From NCBI RefSeq assembly GCF_009914755.1, contig NC_060948.1: a stretch of DNA of 64,000 bases; one strand, 5' to 3'. The stretch is from the human T2T-CHM13v2.0 reference genome, Homo sapiens. The position numbers and the translations under genes are program-made. Below are positions 21,297 to 40,652 of the stretch, piece by piece. Every line of letters starts with the position of its first letter. Position 1 is the first letter of the stretch. The notes under the pieces were generated by a model, which did no database searches, was not told where the DNA came from, and worked only from the letters and a program-made list of their open reading frames with translations.

Positions 21297-23399
21297 AGAT
21301 CCATATTTTTTAAATGAAAAAAAATTTCAAAGGTACTCTGCTTGGTACAATAATCAAATGTATAAACTGAGGAATAAAACATAACCATGAAACCTACTTA
21401 TAACTGCATATGGAAAATACAGAGGATAATTTTTTAAATAACATATTTTGAAAGCCTTAACTAGTAATTTGAAGAGTTGGCATTTGAAAGGCCAGTATGA
21501 ATATACCTTCAAAGCAGCAACACAGGTTCCCCATGAGAAAAAGCAAACACAGGGAAAATAAAAACACAAAGGTTCAATCTCTTCTGACCTTTGAAAGACA
21601 CAGCACAGACAGTGGTCCTTAGGACGAAGAGCAGGAGACCCCTAATTCCGTCACCATGGCGATAGGGCATAAACATTGCTGGGTGAGGGCACAATCCACA
21701 TTGTGAGGTCCAACTGCTGCCAGGAAGACAGGAGTGCTTTTACATAGACCGAAAGGTCATTGAAGGCTCAGAGTTTTGTTTCAAGAACTGAATCCCAAGC
21801 CCACACGTTATTAGGCTGCGCTTCTTAAAACAAGTTATGAGATGGGAAAAAGGGCACCCACAAACATACGTATACATTATGTATATAATAATATACAGTA
21901 TCATATATATAATATATAACCTATGTATAATATTGTTTTACATCCTGCATCTTATGTTATATATATTGTATAAAATATAATAATTGATAATATATAAGTT
22001 TTATAATTATACAATATGACATATAGTATATATTATAATTTATGACATATATAATATATGTTATATATCATATATAGAATATATTATACGGTTAATATAC
22101 GTATTAAATATAAATTATACCTTATATATATTATATATAATATATCTGTTATATGTAATACCCATTATGCATAATATATATATTATGTCTATGTTATATA
22201 TAGTATAAAACAACATATAATAATATATAATTGTATATATAAAATGCGACATATAATATATATTATATTTTATAACATATGTAATATATATTATATATTA
22301 TATATAATACGTTGTATGTATAATACCTATATTAAATATATATTATATAACTATGTTATTAATTACATGTCACATGTGTTATATATTATATATTTTACAT
22401 AGAATATACCGGTTACATACAATATATACTATGTTACCTATAATGTATAATTGATTACATGTAAAATAAAGAATGCAATATATTATGTATAATTTATAAT
22501 ATACAATATGTGGAATGTGACATATGTAACATATAATATATGATATATGATATACAGTATATGATATATAACATACAATATATGATTCCTAATATATATG
22601 GTATACAATATATATTTTATGATATGTATTCTATATGTTTTATATTCTGTTATATATAACTATTTGAAATTATATATAACTGTATAATATTTTATGTAAA
22701 TATGTAATATAATATATATAACTATATAATATATTATATATAACTATATATTATGTTATATATACTTTTATAACATAATTTACATAAAATATCATAATAT
22801 AATATATATTATATTATTTCATATTACATAATATATATTACATATCACCCAATATAACTAACATACACAATATTATAATATAGATTATATTATGTTATAT
22901 TAAATATCATATATATCATGTATCATATATTCTATAATAGATAGTACACATTATATAATATGTATGTTGTCTATTATGTGATATATATAACTATATATAT
23001 AATTATATTTTTATACATATAACTAGATAAACATGTAATTCTACATATTTTCATTTATAATATGTAGAATTATATAATCATATATAATTATTTATATTCT
23101 ATAAAAAATTTTATCATTATATAAATTATAATATATAAAAATTATAATATGTACTACAAATATATATATTATATATCATATATGATATAGTACCTTTGTT
23201 ATATATCATAATACATATAAATGTGTATTATGTTATCTATAATTATATAATTTCATATATAAGGTGTATAATATGTATCATATATTATATATGTTATGTA
23301 ATATATATAGTATATATAAGATGACACAGGATAAATATTATATACTATGACATATAAAATATATGAGGTTATATGTTACATATAAGGCATAGCACATAA

Positions 23400-23714
<315 letters not shown>

Positions 23715-25819
23715 AGATCCGTATTTTTTAAATGAAAAAAAATTTCAAAGGTACTCTGCTTGGTACAATAATCAAATGTATAAACTGAGGAATAAAACAT
23801 AACCATGAAACCTACTTATAACTGCATATGGAAAATACAGAGGATAATTTTTTAAATAACATATTTTGAAAGCCTTAACTAGTAATTTGAAGAGTTGGCA
23901 TTTGAAAGGCCAGTATGAATATACCTTCAAAGCAGCAACACAGGTTCCCCATGAGAAAAAGCAAACACAGGGAAAATAAAAACACAAAGGTTCAATCTCT
24001 TCTGACCTTTGAAAGACACAGCACAGACAGTGGTCCTTAGGACGAAGAGCAGGAGACCCCTAATTCCGTCACCATGGCGATAGGGCATAAACATTGCTGG
24101 GTGAGGGTACAATCCACATTGTGAGGTCCAACTGCTGCCAGGAAGACAGGAGTGCTTTTACATAGACCGAAAGGTCATTGAAGGCTCAGAGTTTTGTTTC
24201 AAGAACTGAATCCCAAGCCCACACGTTATTAGGCTGCGCTTCTTAAAACAAGTTATGAGATGGGAAAAAGGGCACCCACAAACATACGTATACATTATGT
24301 ATATAATAATATACGGTATCATATATATAATATATATAACCTATGTATAATATTGTTTTACATCCTGCATCTTATGTTATATATATTGTATAAAATATAA
24401 TAATTGATAATATATAAGTTTTATAATTATACAATATGACATATAGTATATATTATAATTTATGACATATATAATGTATGTTATATATCATATATAGAGT
24501 ATATTATACGGTTAATATACGTATTAAATATAAATTATACATTATATATATTATATATAATATATCTGTTATATATAATACCCATTATGCATAATATATA
24601 TATTATGTCTATGTTATATATAGTATAAAACAACATATAATAATATATAATTGTATATATAAAATGCGACATAGAATATATATTATATTTTATAACATAT
24701 GTAATATATATTATATATTTTATATAATACGTTGTATGTATAATACCTATATTAAATATATATTATATGACTATGTTATTAATTACATGTCACATGTGTT
24801 ATATATTATATATTTTACATAGAATATACCGGTTACATACAATATATACTATGTTACCTGTAATGTATAATTGATTACATGTAAAATAAAGAATGCAATA
24901 TATTATGTAAAATTTATAATATACAATATGTGGAATGTGATATATGTAATATATAATATATGATATATGATATACAGTATATGATATATAACATACAATA
25001 TATGATTCCTAATATATATGGTATACAATATATATTTTATGATATGTATTCTATATGTTTTATATTCTGTTATATATAACTATTTGAAATTATATATAAC
25101 TGTATAATATTTTATGTAAATATGTAATATAATATATATAACTATATAATATATTATATATAACTATATATTATGTTATGTATACTTTTATAACATAATT
25201 TACATAAAATATCATAATATAATATATATTATATTATTTCATATTACATAATATATATTACATATCACCCAATATAACTAACATACATAATATTATAATA
25301 TAGATTATATTATGTTATATTAAATATCATATATATCATGTATCATATATTCTATAATAGATAGTACACATTATATAATATGTATGTTGTCTATTATGTG
25401 ATATATATAACTGTATATATAATTATATTTTTATACATATAACTAGATAAACATGTAATTCTACATATTTTCATTTATAATATGTAGAATTATATAATCA
25501 TATATAATTATTTATATTCTATAAAAAATTTTATCATTATATAAATTATAATATATAAAAATTATAATATGTACTACAAATATATATATTATATATCATA
25601 TATGATATAGTACCTTTGTTATATATCATAATACATATAAATGTGTATTATGTTATCTATAATTATATAATTTCATATATAAGGTGTATAATATGTATCA
25701 TATATTATATATGTTATGTAATATATATAGTATATATAAGATGACACAGGATAAATATTATATACTATGACATATAAAATATATGAGGTTATATGTTACA
25801 TATAAGGCATAGCACATAA

Positions 25820-26134
<315 letters not shown>

Positions 26135-28237
26135 AGATCCATATTTTTTAAATGAAAAAAAATTTCAAAGGTACTCTGCTTGGTACAATAATCAAATGTA
26201 TAAACTGAGGAATAAAACATAACCATGAAACCTACTTATAACTGCATATGGAAAATACAGAGGATAATTTTTTAAATAACATATTTTGAAAGCCTTAACT
26301 AGTAATTTGAAGAGTTGGCATTTGAAAGGCCAGTATGAATATACCTTCAAAGCAGCAACACAGGTTCCCCATGAGAAAAAGCAAACACAGGGAAAATAAA
26401 AACACAAAGGTTCAATCTCTTCTGACCTTTGAAAGACACAGCACAGACAGTGGTCCTTAGGACGAAGAGCAGGAGACCCCTAATTCCGTCACCATGGCGA
26501 TAGGGCATAAACATTGCTGGGTGAGGGCACAATCCACATTGTGAGGTCCAACTGCTGCCAGGAAGACAGGAGTGCTTTTACATAGACCGAAAGGTCATTG
26601 AAGGCTCAGAGTTTTGTTTCAAGAACTGAATCCCAAGCCCACACGTTATTAGGCTGCGCTTCTTAAAACAAGTTATGAGATGGGAAAAAGGGCACCCACA
26701 AACATACGTATACATTATGTATATAATAATATACAGTATCATATATATAATATATATAACCTATGTATAATATTGTTTTACATCCTGCATCTTATGTTAT
26801 ATATATTGTATAAAATATAATAATTGATAATATATAAGTTATATAATTATACAATATGACATATAGTATATATTATAATTTATGACATATATAATATATG
26901 TTATATATCATATATAGAATATATTATACGGTTAATATACGTATTAAATATAAATTATACCTTATATATATTATATATAATATATCTGTTATATATAATA
27001 CCCATTATGCATAATATATATATTATGTCTATGTTATATATAGTATAAAACAACATATAATAATATATAATTGTATATATAAAATGCGACATATAATATA
27101 TATTATATTTTATAACATATGTAATATATATTATATATTATATATAATACGTTGTATGTATAATACCTATATTAAATAGATATTATATGACTATGTTATT
27201 AATTACATGTCACATGTGTTATATATTATATATTTTACATAGAATATACCGGTTACATACAATATATACTATGTTACCTATAATGTATAATTTATTACAT
27301 GTAAAATAAAGAATGCAATATATTATGTATAATTTATAATATACAATATGTGGAATGTGACATATGTAACATATAATATATGATATATGATATACAGTAT
27401 ATGATATATAACATACAATATATGATTCCTAATATATATGGTATACAATATATATTTTATGATATGTATTCTATATGTTTTATATTCTGTTATATATAAC
27501 TATTTGAAATTATATATAACTGTATATTTTATGTAAATATGTAATATAATATATATAACTATAGAATATATTATATATAACTATATATTATGTTATATAT
27601 ACTTTTATAACATAATTTACATAAAATATCATAATATAATATATATTATATTATTTCATATTACAAAATATATATTACATATCACCCAATATAACTAACA
27701 TACATAATATTATAATATAGATTATATTATGTTATATTAAATATCATATATATCATGTATCATATATTCTATAATATATATTACACATTATATAATATGT
27801 ATGTTGTCTATTATGTGATATATATAACTATATATATAATTATATTTTTATACATATAACTAGATAAACATGTAATTCTACATATTTTCATTTATAATAT
27901 GTAGAATTATATAATCATATATAATTATTTATATTCTATAAATATTTTATCATTATATAAATTATAATATATAAAAATTATAATATGTACTACAAATATA
28001 TATATATTATATATCATATATGATATAGTACCTTTGTTATATATCATAATACATATAAATGTGTATTATGTTATCTATAATTATATAATTTCATATATAA
28101 GATGTATAATATGTATCATATATTATATATGTTATGTAATATATATAGTATATATAAGATGACACAGGATAAATATTATATACTATGACATATAAAATAT
28201 ATGAGGTTATATGTTACATATAAGGCATAGCACATAA

Positions 28238-28552
<315 letters not shown>

Positions 28553-30682
28553 AGATCCATATTTTTTAAATGAAAAAAAATTTCAAAGGTACTCTGCTTG
28601 GTACAATAATCAAATGTATAAACTGAGGAATAAAACATAACCATGAAACCTACTTATAACTGCATATGGAAAATACAGAGGATAATTTTTTAAATAACAT
28701 ATTTTGAAAGCCTTAACTAGTAATTTGAAGAGTTGGCATTTGAAAGGCCAGTATGAATATACCTTCAAAGCAGCAACACAGGTTCCCCATGAGAAAAAGC
28801 AAACACAGGGAAAATAAAAACACAAAGGTTCAATCTCTTCTGACCTTTGAAAGACACAGCACAGACAGTGGTCCTTAGGACGAAGAGCAGGAGACCCCTA
28901 ATTCCGTCACCATGGCGATAGGGCATAAACATTGCTGGGTGAGGGCACAATCCACATTGTGAGGTCCAACTGCTGCCAGGAAGACAGGAGTGCTTTTACA
29001 TAGACCGAAAGGTCATTGAAGGCTCAGAGTTTTGTTTCAAGAACTGAATCCCAAGCCCACACGTTATTAGGCTGCGCTTCTTAAAACAAGTTATGAGATG
29101 GGAAAAAGGGCACCCACAAACATACGTATACATTATGTATATAATAATATACAGTATCATATATATAATATATATAACCTATGTATAATATTGTTTTACA
29201 TCCTGCATCTTATGTTATATATATTGTATAAAATATAATAATTGATAATATATAAGTTTTATATTTATAAAATATGACATATAGTATATATTATAATTTA
29301 TGACATATATAATATATGTTATATATCATATATAGAGTATATTATACGGTTAATATACGTATTAAATATAAATTATACATTATATATATTATATATAATA
29401 TATCTCTTATATATAATACCCATTATGCATAATATATATATTATGTCTATGTTATATATAGTATAAAACAGCATATAATAATATATAATTGTATATATAA
29501 AATGCGACATATAATATATATTATATTTTATAACATATGTAATATATATTATATATTATATATAATACGTTGTATGTATAATACCTATATTAAATATATA
29601 TTATATGACTATGTTATTAATTACATGTCACATGTGTTATATATTATATATTTTACATAGAATATACCGGTTACATACAATATATACTATGTTACCTATA
29701 ATGTATAATTGATTACATGTAAAATAAATAATGCAATATATTATGTATAATTTATAATATACAATATGTGGAATGTGACATATGTAACATATAATATATG
29801 ATATATGATATACAGTATATGATATATAACATACAATATATGATTCCTAATATATATGGTATACAATATCTATTTTATGATATGTATTCTATATGTTTTA
29901 TATTCTGTTATATATAACTATTTGAAATTATATATAACTGTATAATATTTTATGTAAATATGTAATATAATATATATAACTATATAATATATTATATATA
30001 ACTATATATTATGTTATATATACTTTTATAACATAATTTACATAAAATATCATAATATAATATATATTATATTATTTCATATTACATAATATATATTACA
30101 TATCACCCAATATAACTAACATACATAATATTATAATATAGATTATATTATGTTATATTAAATATCATATATATCATGTATCATATATTCTATAATATAT
30201 ATTACACATTATATAATATGTATGTTGTCTATTATGTGATATATATAACTATATATATAATTATATTTTTATACATATAACTAGATAAACATGTAATTCT
30301 ACATATTTTCATTTATAATATGTAGAATTATATAATCATATATAATTATTTATATTCTATAAAAAATTTTATCATTATATAAATTATAATATATAAAAAT
30401 TATAATATGTACTACAAATATATATATATTATATATCATATATGATATAGTACCTTTGTTATATATCATAATACATATAAATATGTATTATGTTATCTAT
30501 AATTATATAATTTCATATATAAGATGTATAATATGTATCATATATTATATATGTTATGTAATATATATAGTATATATAAGATGACACAGGATAAATATTA
30601 TATACTATGACATATAAAATATATGAGGTTATATGTTACATATAAGTCATAGCACATAACATGTAATATATATCATATATAA

Positions 30683-30974
30683 TTTTTTTTTAGACAGAAT
30701 CTTGTCCTGTTGCACAGGGTGGGGTACAATGGCGCCATCTTTGCTCACTGCAACTTCTGCCTCATGGGTCCAAGCGATTGTCCTCCCTCAGCCTCCCAGG
30801 TAGCTGGGACTACACCACACTGGGACTACACCAGCTGCCACCATGCCTAGCTAATTTTTTGGATTTTTAGTAGTGACAGCGTTTCACTGTATTGGCCAGG
30901 ATGGTCTTGATCTCTTCACCTTGTGATCCCCTTGCCTTGGCCTCCAAATTTGCTGGGATTACAGGCCTGAGCCA
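30683..30974 (-). mobile_element. Alu copy (U13)
   Basis: Same, with ctcatggg variant. Confidence 0.95.
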
Positions 30975-33078
30975 AGATCCGTATTTTTTAAATGAAAAAA
31001 AATTTCAAAGGTACTCTGCTTGGTACAATAATCAAATGTATAAACTGAGGAATAAAACATAACCATGAAACCTACTTATAACTGCATATGGAAAATACAG
31101 AGGATAATTTTTAAATAACATATTTTGAAAGCCTTAACTAGTAATTTGAAGAGTTGGCATTTGAAAGGCCAGTATGAATATACCTTCAAAGCAGCAACAC
31201 AGGTTCCCCATGAGAAAAAGCAAACACAGGGAAAATAAAAACACAAAGGTTCAATCTCTTCTGACCTTTGAAAGACACAGCACAGACAGTGGTCCTTAGG
31301 ACGAAGAGCAGGAGACCCCTAATTCCGTCACCATGGCGATAGGGCATAAACATTGCTGGGTGAGGGCACAATCCACATTGTGAGGTCCAACTGCTGCCAG
31401 GAAGACAGGAGTGCTTTTACATAGACCGAAAGGTCATTGAAGGCTCAGAGTTTTGTTTCAAGAACTGAATCCCAAGCCCACACGTTATTAGGCTGCGCTT
31501 CTTAAAACAAGTTATGAGATGGGAAAAAGGGCACCCACAAACATACGTATACATTATGTATATAATAATATACAGTATCATATATATAATATATATAACC
31601 TATGTATAATATTGTTTTACATCCTGCATCTTATGTTATATATATTGTATAAAATATAATAATTGATAATATATAAGTTTTATATTTATACAATATGACA
31701 TATAGTATATATTATAATTTATGACATATATAATATATGTTATATATCATATATAGAATATATTATACGGTTAATATACGTATTAAATATAAATTATAAA
31801 TTTTATATATTATATATAATATATCTGTTATATATAATACCCATTATGCATAATATATATATTATGTCTATGTTATATATAGTATAAAACAACATATAAT
31901 AATATATAATTGTATATATAAAATGCGACATACAATATATATTATATTTTATAACATATGTAATATATATTATATATTATATATAATACGTTGTATGTAT
32001 AATACCTATATTAAATATATATTATATGACTATGTTATTAATTACATGTCACATGTGTTATATATTATATATTTTACATAGAATATACCGGTTAGATACA
32101 ATATATACTATGTTACCTATAATGTATAATTTATTACATGTAAAATAAAGAATGCAATATATTATGTATAATTTATAATATACAATATGTGGAATGTGAC
32201 ATATGTAACATATAATATATGATATATGATATACAGTATATGATATATAACATACAATATATGATTCCTAATATATATGGTATACAATATCTATTTTATG
32301 ATATGTATTCTATATGTTTTATATTCTGTTATATATAACTATTTGAAATTATATATAACTGTATAATATTTTATGTAAATATGTAATATAATATATATAA
32401 CTATATAATATATTATATATAACTATATATTATGTTATATATACTTTTATAACATAATTTACATAAAATATCATAATATAATATATATTATATTATTTCA
32501 TATTACATAATATATATTACATATCACCCAATATAACTAACATACATAATATTATAATATAGATTATATTATGTTATATTAAATATCATATATATCATGT
32601 ATCATATATTCTATAATATATATTACACATTATATAATATGTATGTTGTCTATTATGTGATATATATAACTATATATATAATTATATTTTTATACATATA
32701 ACTAGATAAACATGTAATTCTACATATTTTCATTTATAATATGTAGAATTATATAATCATATATAATTATTTATATTCTATAAAAAATTTTATCATTCTA
32801 TAAATTATAATATATAAAAATTATCATATGTACTACAAATATATATATTGTATATCATATATGATATAGTACCTTTGTTATATATCATAATACATAGAAA
32901 TGTGTATTATGTTATCTATAATTATATAATTTCATATATAAGATATATAATATGTATCATATATTATATATGTTATGTAATATATATAGTATATATAAGA
33001 TGACACAGGATAAATATTATATACTATGACATATAAAATATATGAGGTTATATGTTACATATAAGGCATAGCACATAA

Positions 33079-33393
<315 letters not shown>

Positions 33394-35496
33394 AGATCCG
33401 TATTTTTTAAATGAAAAAAAATTTCAAAGGTACTCTGCTTGGTACAATAATCAAATGTATAAACTGAGGAATAAAACATAACCATGAAACCTACTTATAA
33501 CGGCATATGGAAAATACAGAGGATAATTTTTTAAATAACATATTTTGAAAGCCTTAACTAGTAATTTGAAGAGCTGGCATTTGAAAGGCCAGTATGAATA
33601 TACCTTCAAAGCAGCAACACAGGTTCCCCATGAGAAAAAGCAAACACAGGGAAAATAAAAACACAAAGGTTCAATCTCTTCTGACCTTTGAAAGACACAG
33701 CACAGACAGTGGTCCTTAGGACGAAGAGCAGGAGACCCCTAATTCCGTCACCATGGCGATAGGGCATAAACATTGCTGGGTGAGGGCACAATCCACATTG
33801 TGAGGTCCAACTGCTGCCAGGAAGACAGGAGTGCTTTTACATAGACCGAAAGGTCATTGAAGGCTCAGAGTTTTGTTTCAAGAACTGAATCCCAAGCCCA
33901 CACGTTATTAGGCTGCGCTTCTTAAAACAAGTTATGAGATGGGAAAAAGGGCACCCACAAACATACGTATACATTATGTATATAATAATATACCGTATCA
34001 TATATATAATATATATAACCTATGTATAATATTGTTTTACATCCTGCATCTTATGTTATATATATTGTATAAAATATAATAATTGATAATATATAAGTTT
34101 TATATTTATACAATATGACATATAGTATATATTATAATTTATGACATATATAATATATGTTATATATCATATATAGAATATATTATACGGTTAATATACG
34201 TATTAAATATAAATTATACCTTATATATATTATATATAATATATCTGTTATATATAATACCCATTATGCATAATATATATATTATGTCTATGTTATATAT
34301 AGTATAAAACAACATATAATAATATATAATTGTATATATAAAATGCGACATATAATATATATTATATTTTATAACATATGTAATATATATTATATATTAT
34401 ATATAATACGTTGTATGTATAATACCTATATTAAATAGATATTATATGACTATGTTATTAATTACATGTCACATGTGTTATATATTATATATTTTACATA
34501 GAATATACCGGTTACATACAATATATACTATGTTACCTATAATGTATAATTTATTACATGTAAAATAAAGAATGCAATATATTATGTATAATTTATAATA
34601 TACAATATGTGGAATGTGACATATGTAACATATAATATATGATATATGATATACAGTATATGATATATAACATACAATATATGATTCCTAATATATATGG
34701 TATACAATATATATTTTATGATATGTATTCTATATGTTTTATATTCTGTTATATATAACTATTTGAAATTATATATAACTGTATATTTTATGTAAATATG
34801 TAATATAATATATATAACTATAGAATATATTATATATAACTATATATTATGTTATATATACTTTTATAACATAATTTACATAAAATATCATAATATAATA
34901 TATATTATATTATTTCATATTACAAAATATATATTACATATCACCCAATATAACTAACATACATAATATTATAATATAGATTATATTATGTTATATTAAA
35001 TATCATATATATCATGTATCATATATTCTATAATATATATTACACATTATATAATATGTATGTTGTCTATTATGTGATATATATAACTATATATATAATT
35101 ATATTTTTATACATATAACTAGATAAACATGTAATTCTACATATTTTCATTTATAATATGTAGAATTATATAATCATATATAATTATTTATATTCTATAA
35201 ATATTTTATCATTATATAAATTATAATATATAAAAATTATAATATGTACTACAAATATATATATATTATATATCATATATGATATAGTACCTTTGTTATA
35301 TATCATAATACATATAAATGTGTATTATGTTATCTATAATTATATAATTTCATATATAAGATGTATAATATGTATCATATATTATATATGTTATGTAATA
35401 TATATAGTATATATAAGATGACACAGGATAAATATTATATACTATGACATATAAAATATATGAGGTTATATGTTACATATAAGGCATAGCACATAA

Positions 35497-35811
<315 letters not shown>

Positions 35812-37941
35812 AGATCCATATTTTTTAAATGAAAAAAAATTTCAAAGGTACTCTGCTTGGTACAATAATCAAATGTATAAACTGAGGAATAAAACATAAC
35901 CATGAAACCTACTTATAACTGCATATGGAAAATACAGAGGATAATTTTTTAAATAACATATTTTGAAAGCCTTAACTAGTAATTTGAAGAGTTGGCATTT
36001 GAAAGGCCAGTATGAATATACCTTCAAAGCAGCAACACAGGTTCCCCATGAGAAAAAGCAAACACAGGGAAAATAAAAACACAAAGGTTCAATCTCTTCT
36101 GACCTTTGAAAGACACAGCACAGACAGTGGTCCTTAGGACGAAGAGCAGGAGACCCCTAATTCCGTCACCATGGCGATAGGGCATAAACATTGCTGGGTG
36201 AGGGCACAATCCACATTGTGAGGTCCAACTGCTGCCAGGAAGACAGGAGTGCTTTTACATAGACCGAAAGGTCATTGAAGGCTCAGAGTTTTGTTTCAAG
36301 AACTGAATCCCAAGCCCACACGTTATTAGGCTGCGCTTCTTAAAACAAGTTATGAGATGGGAAAAAGGGCACCCACAAACATACGTATACATTATGTATA
36401 TAATAATATACAGTATCATATATATAATATATATAACCTATGTATAATATTGTTTTACATCCTGCATCTTATGTTATATATATTGTATAAAATATAATAA
36501 TTGATAATATATAAGTTTTATATTTATAAAATATGACATATAGTATATATTATAATTTATGACATATATAATATATGTTATATATCATATATAGAGTATA
36601 TTATACGGTTAATATACGTATTAAATATAAATTATACATTATATATATTATATATAATATATCTCTTATATATAATACCCATTATGCATAATATATATAT
36701 TATGTCTATGTTATATATAGTATAAAACAGCATATAATAATATATAATTGTATATATAAAATGCGACATATAATATATATTATATTTTATAACATATGTA
36801 ATATATATTATATATTATATATAATACGTTGTATGTATAATACCTATATTAAATATATATTATATGACTATGTTATTAATTACATGTCACATGTGTTATA
36901 TATTATATATTTTACATAGAATATACCGGTTACATACAATATATACTATGTTACCTATAATGTATAATTGATTACATGTAAAATAAATAATGCAATATAT
37001 TATGTATAATTTATAATATACAATATGTGGAATGTGACATATGTAACATATAATATATGATATATGATATACAGTATATGATATATAACATACAATATAT
37101 GATTCCTAATATATATGGTATACAATATCTATTTTATGATATGTATTCTATATGTTTTATATTCTGTTATATATAACTATTTGAAATTATATATAACTGT
37201 ATAATATTTTATGTAAATATGTAATATAATATATATAACTATATAATATATTATATATAACTATATATTATGTTATATATACTTTTATAACATAATTTAC
37301 ATAAAATATCATAATATAATATATATTATATTATTTCATATTACATAATATATATTACATATCACCCAATATAACTAACATACATAATATTATAATATAG
37401 ATTATATTATGTTATATTAAATATCATATATATCATGTATCATATATTCTATAATATATATTACACATTATATAATATGTATGTTGTCTATTATGTGATA
37501 TATATAACTATATATATAATTATATTTTTATACATATAACTAGATAAACATGTAATTCTACATATTTTCATTTATAATATGTAGAATTATATAATCATAT
37601 ATAATTATTTATATTCTATAAAAAATTTTATCATTATATAAATTATAATATATAAAAATTATAATATGTACTACAAATATATATATATTATATATCATAT
37701 ATGATATAGTACCTTTGTTATATATCATAATACATATAAATATGTATTATGTTATCTATAATTATATAATTTCATATATAAGATGTATAATATGTATCAT
37801 ATATTATATATGTTATGTAATATATATAGTATATATAAGATGACACAGGATAAATATTATATACTATGACATATAAAATATATGAGGTTATATGTTACAT
37901 ATAAGTCATAGCACATAACATGTAATATATATCATATATAA

Positions 37942-38233
37942 TTTTTTTTTAGACAGAATCTTGTCCTGTTGCACAGGGTGGGGTACAATGGCGCCATCTT
38001 TGCTCACTGCAACTTCTGCCTCATGGGTCCAAGCGATTGTCCTCCCTCAGCCTCCCAGGTAGCTGGGACTACACCACACTGGGACTACACCAGCTGCCAC
38101 CATGCCTAGCTAATTTTTTGGATTTTTAGTAGTGACAGCGTTTCACTGTATTGGCCAGGATGGTCTTGATCTCTTCACCTTGTGATCCCCTTGCCTTGGC
38201 CTCCAAATTTGCTGGGATTACAGGCCTGAGCCA
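37942..38233 (-). mobile_element. Alu copy (U16)
   Basis: Same, with ctcatggg variant as in U13. Confidence 0.95.
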
Positions 38234-40337
38234 AGATCCGTATTTTTTAAATGAAAAAAAATTTCAAAGGTACTCTGCTTGGTACAATAATCAAATGTAT
38301 AAACTGAGGAATAAAACATAACCATGAAACCTACTTATAACTGCATATGGAAAATACAGAGGATAATTTTTAAATAACATATTTTGAAAGCCTTAACTAG
38401 TAATTTGAAGAGTTGGCATTTGAAAGGCCAGTATGAATATACCTTCAAAGCAGCAACACAGGTTCCCCATGAGAAAAAGCAAACACAGGGAAAATAAAAA
38501 CACAAAGGTTCAATCTCTTCTGACCTTTGAAAGACACAGCACAGACAGTGGTCCTTAGGACGAAGAGCAGGAGACCCCTAATTCCGTCACCATGGCGATA
38601 GGGCATAAACATTGCTGGGTGAGGGCACAATCCACATTGTGAGGTCCAACTGCTGCCAGGAAGACAGGAGTGCTTTTACATAGACCGAAAGGTCATTGAA
38701 GGCTCAGAGTTTTGTTTCAAGAACTGAATCCCAAGCCCACACGTTATTAGGCTGCGCTTCTTAAAACAAGTTATGAGATGGGAAAAAGGGCACCCACAAA
38801 CATACGTATACATTATGTATATAATAATATACAGTATCATATATATAATATATATAACCTATGTATAATATTGTTTTACATCCTGCATCTTATGTTATAT
38901 ATATTGTATAAAATATAATAATTGATAATATATAAGTTTTATATTTATACAATATGACATATAGTATATATTATAATTTATGACATATATAATATATGTT
39001 ATATATCATATATAGAATATATTATACGGTTAATATACGTATTAAATATAAATTATAAATTTTATATATTATATATAATATATCTGTTATATATAATACC
39101 CATTATGCATAATATATATATTATGTCTATGTTATATATAGTATAAAACAACATATAATAATATATAATTGTATATATAAAATGCGACATACAATATATA
39201 TTATATTTTATAACATATGTAATATATATTATATATTATATATAATACGTTGTATGTATAATACCTATATTAAATATATATTATATGACTATGTTATTAA
39301 TTACATGTCACATGTGTTATATATTATATATTTTACATAGAATATACCGGTTAGATACAATATATACTATGTTACCTATAATGTATAATTTATTACATGT
39401 AAAATAAAGAATGCAATATATTATGTATAATTTATAATATACAATATGTGGAATGTGACATATGTAACATATAATATATGATATATGATATACAGTATAT
39501 GATATATAACATACAATATATGATTCCTAATATATATGGTATACAATATCTATTTTATGATATGTATTCTATATGTTTTATATTCTGTTATATATAACTA
39601 TTTGAAATTATATATAACTGTATAATATTTTATGTAAATATGTAATATAATATATATAACTATATAATATATTATATATAACTATATATTATGTTATATA
39701 TACTTTTATAACATAATTTACATAAAATATCATAATATAATATATATTATATTATTTCATATTACATAATATATATTACATATCACCCAATATAACTAAC
39801 ATACATAATATTATAATATAGATTATATTATGTTATATTAAATATCATATATATCATGTATCATATATTCTATAATATATATTACACATTATATAATATG
39901 TATGTTGTCTATTATGTGATATATATAACTATATATATAATTATATTTTTATACATATAACTAGATAAACATGTAATTCTACATATTTTCATTTATAATA
40001 TGTAGAATTATATAATCATATATAATTATTTATATTCTATAAAAAATTTTATCATTCTATAAATTATAATATATAAAAATTATCATATGTACTACAAATA
40101 TATATATTGTATATCATATATGATATAGTACCTTTGTTATATATCATAATACATAGAAATGTGTATTATGTTATCTATAATTATATAATTTCATATATAA
40201 GATATATAATATGTATCATATATTATATATGTTATGTAATATATATAGTATATATAAGATGACACAGGATAAATATTATATACTATGACATATAAAATAT
40301 ATGAGGTTATATGTTACATATAAGGCATAGCACATAA

Positions 40338-40652
<315 letters not shown>
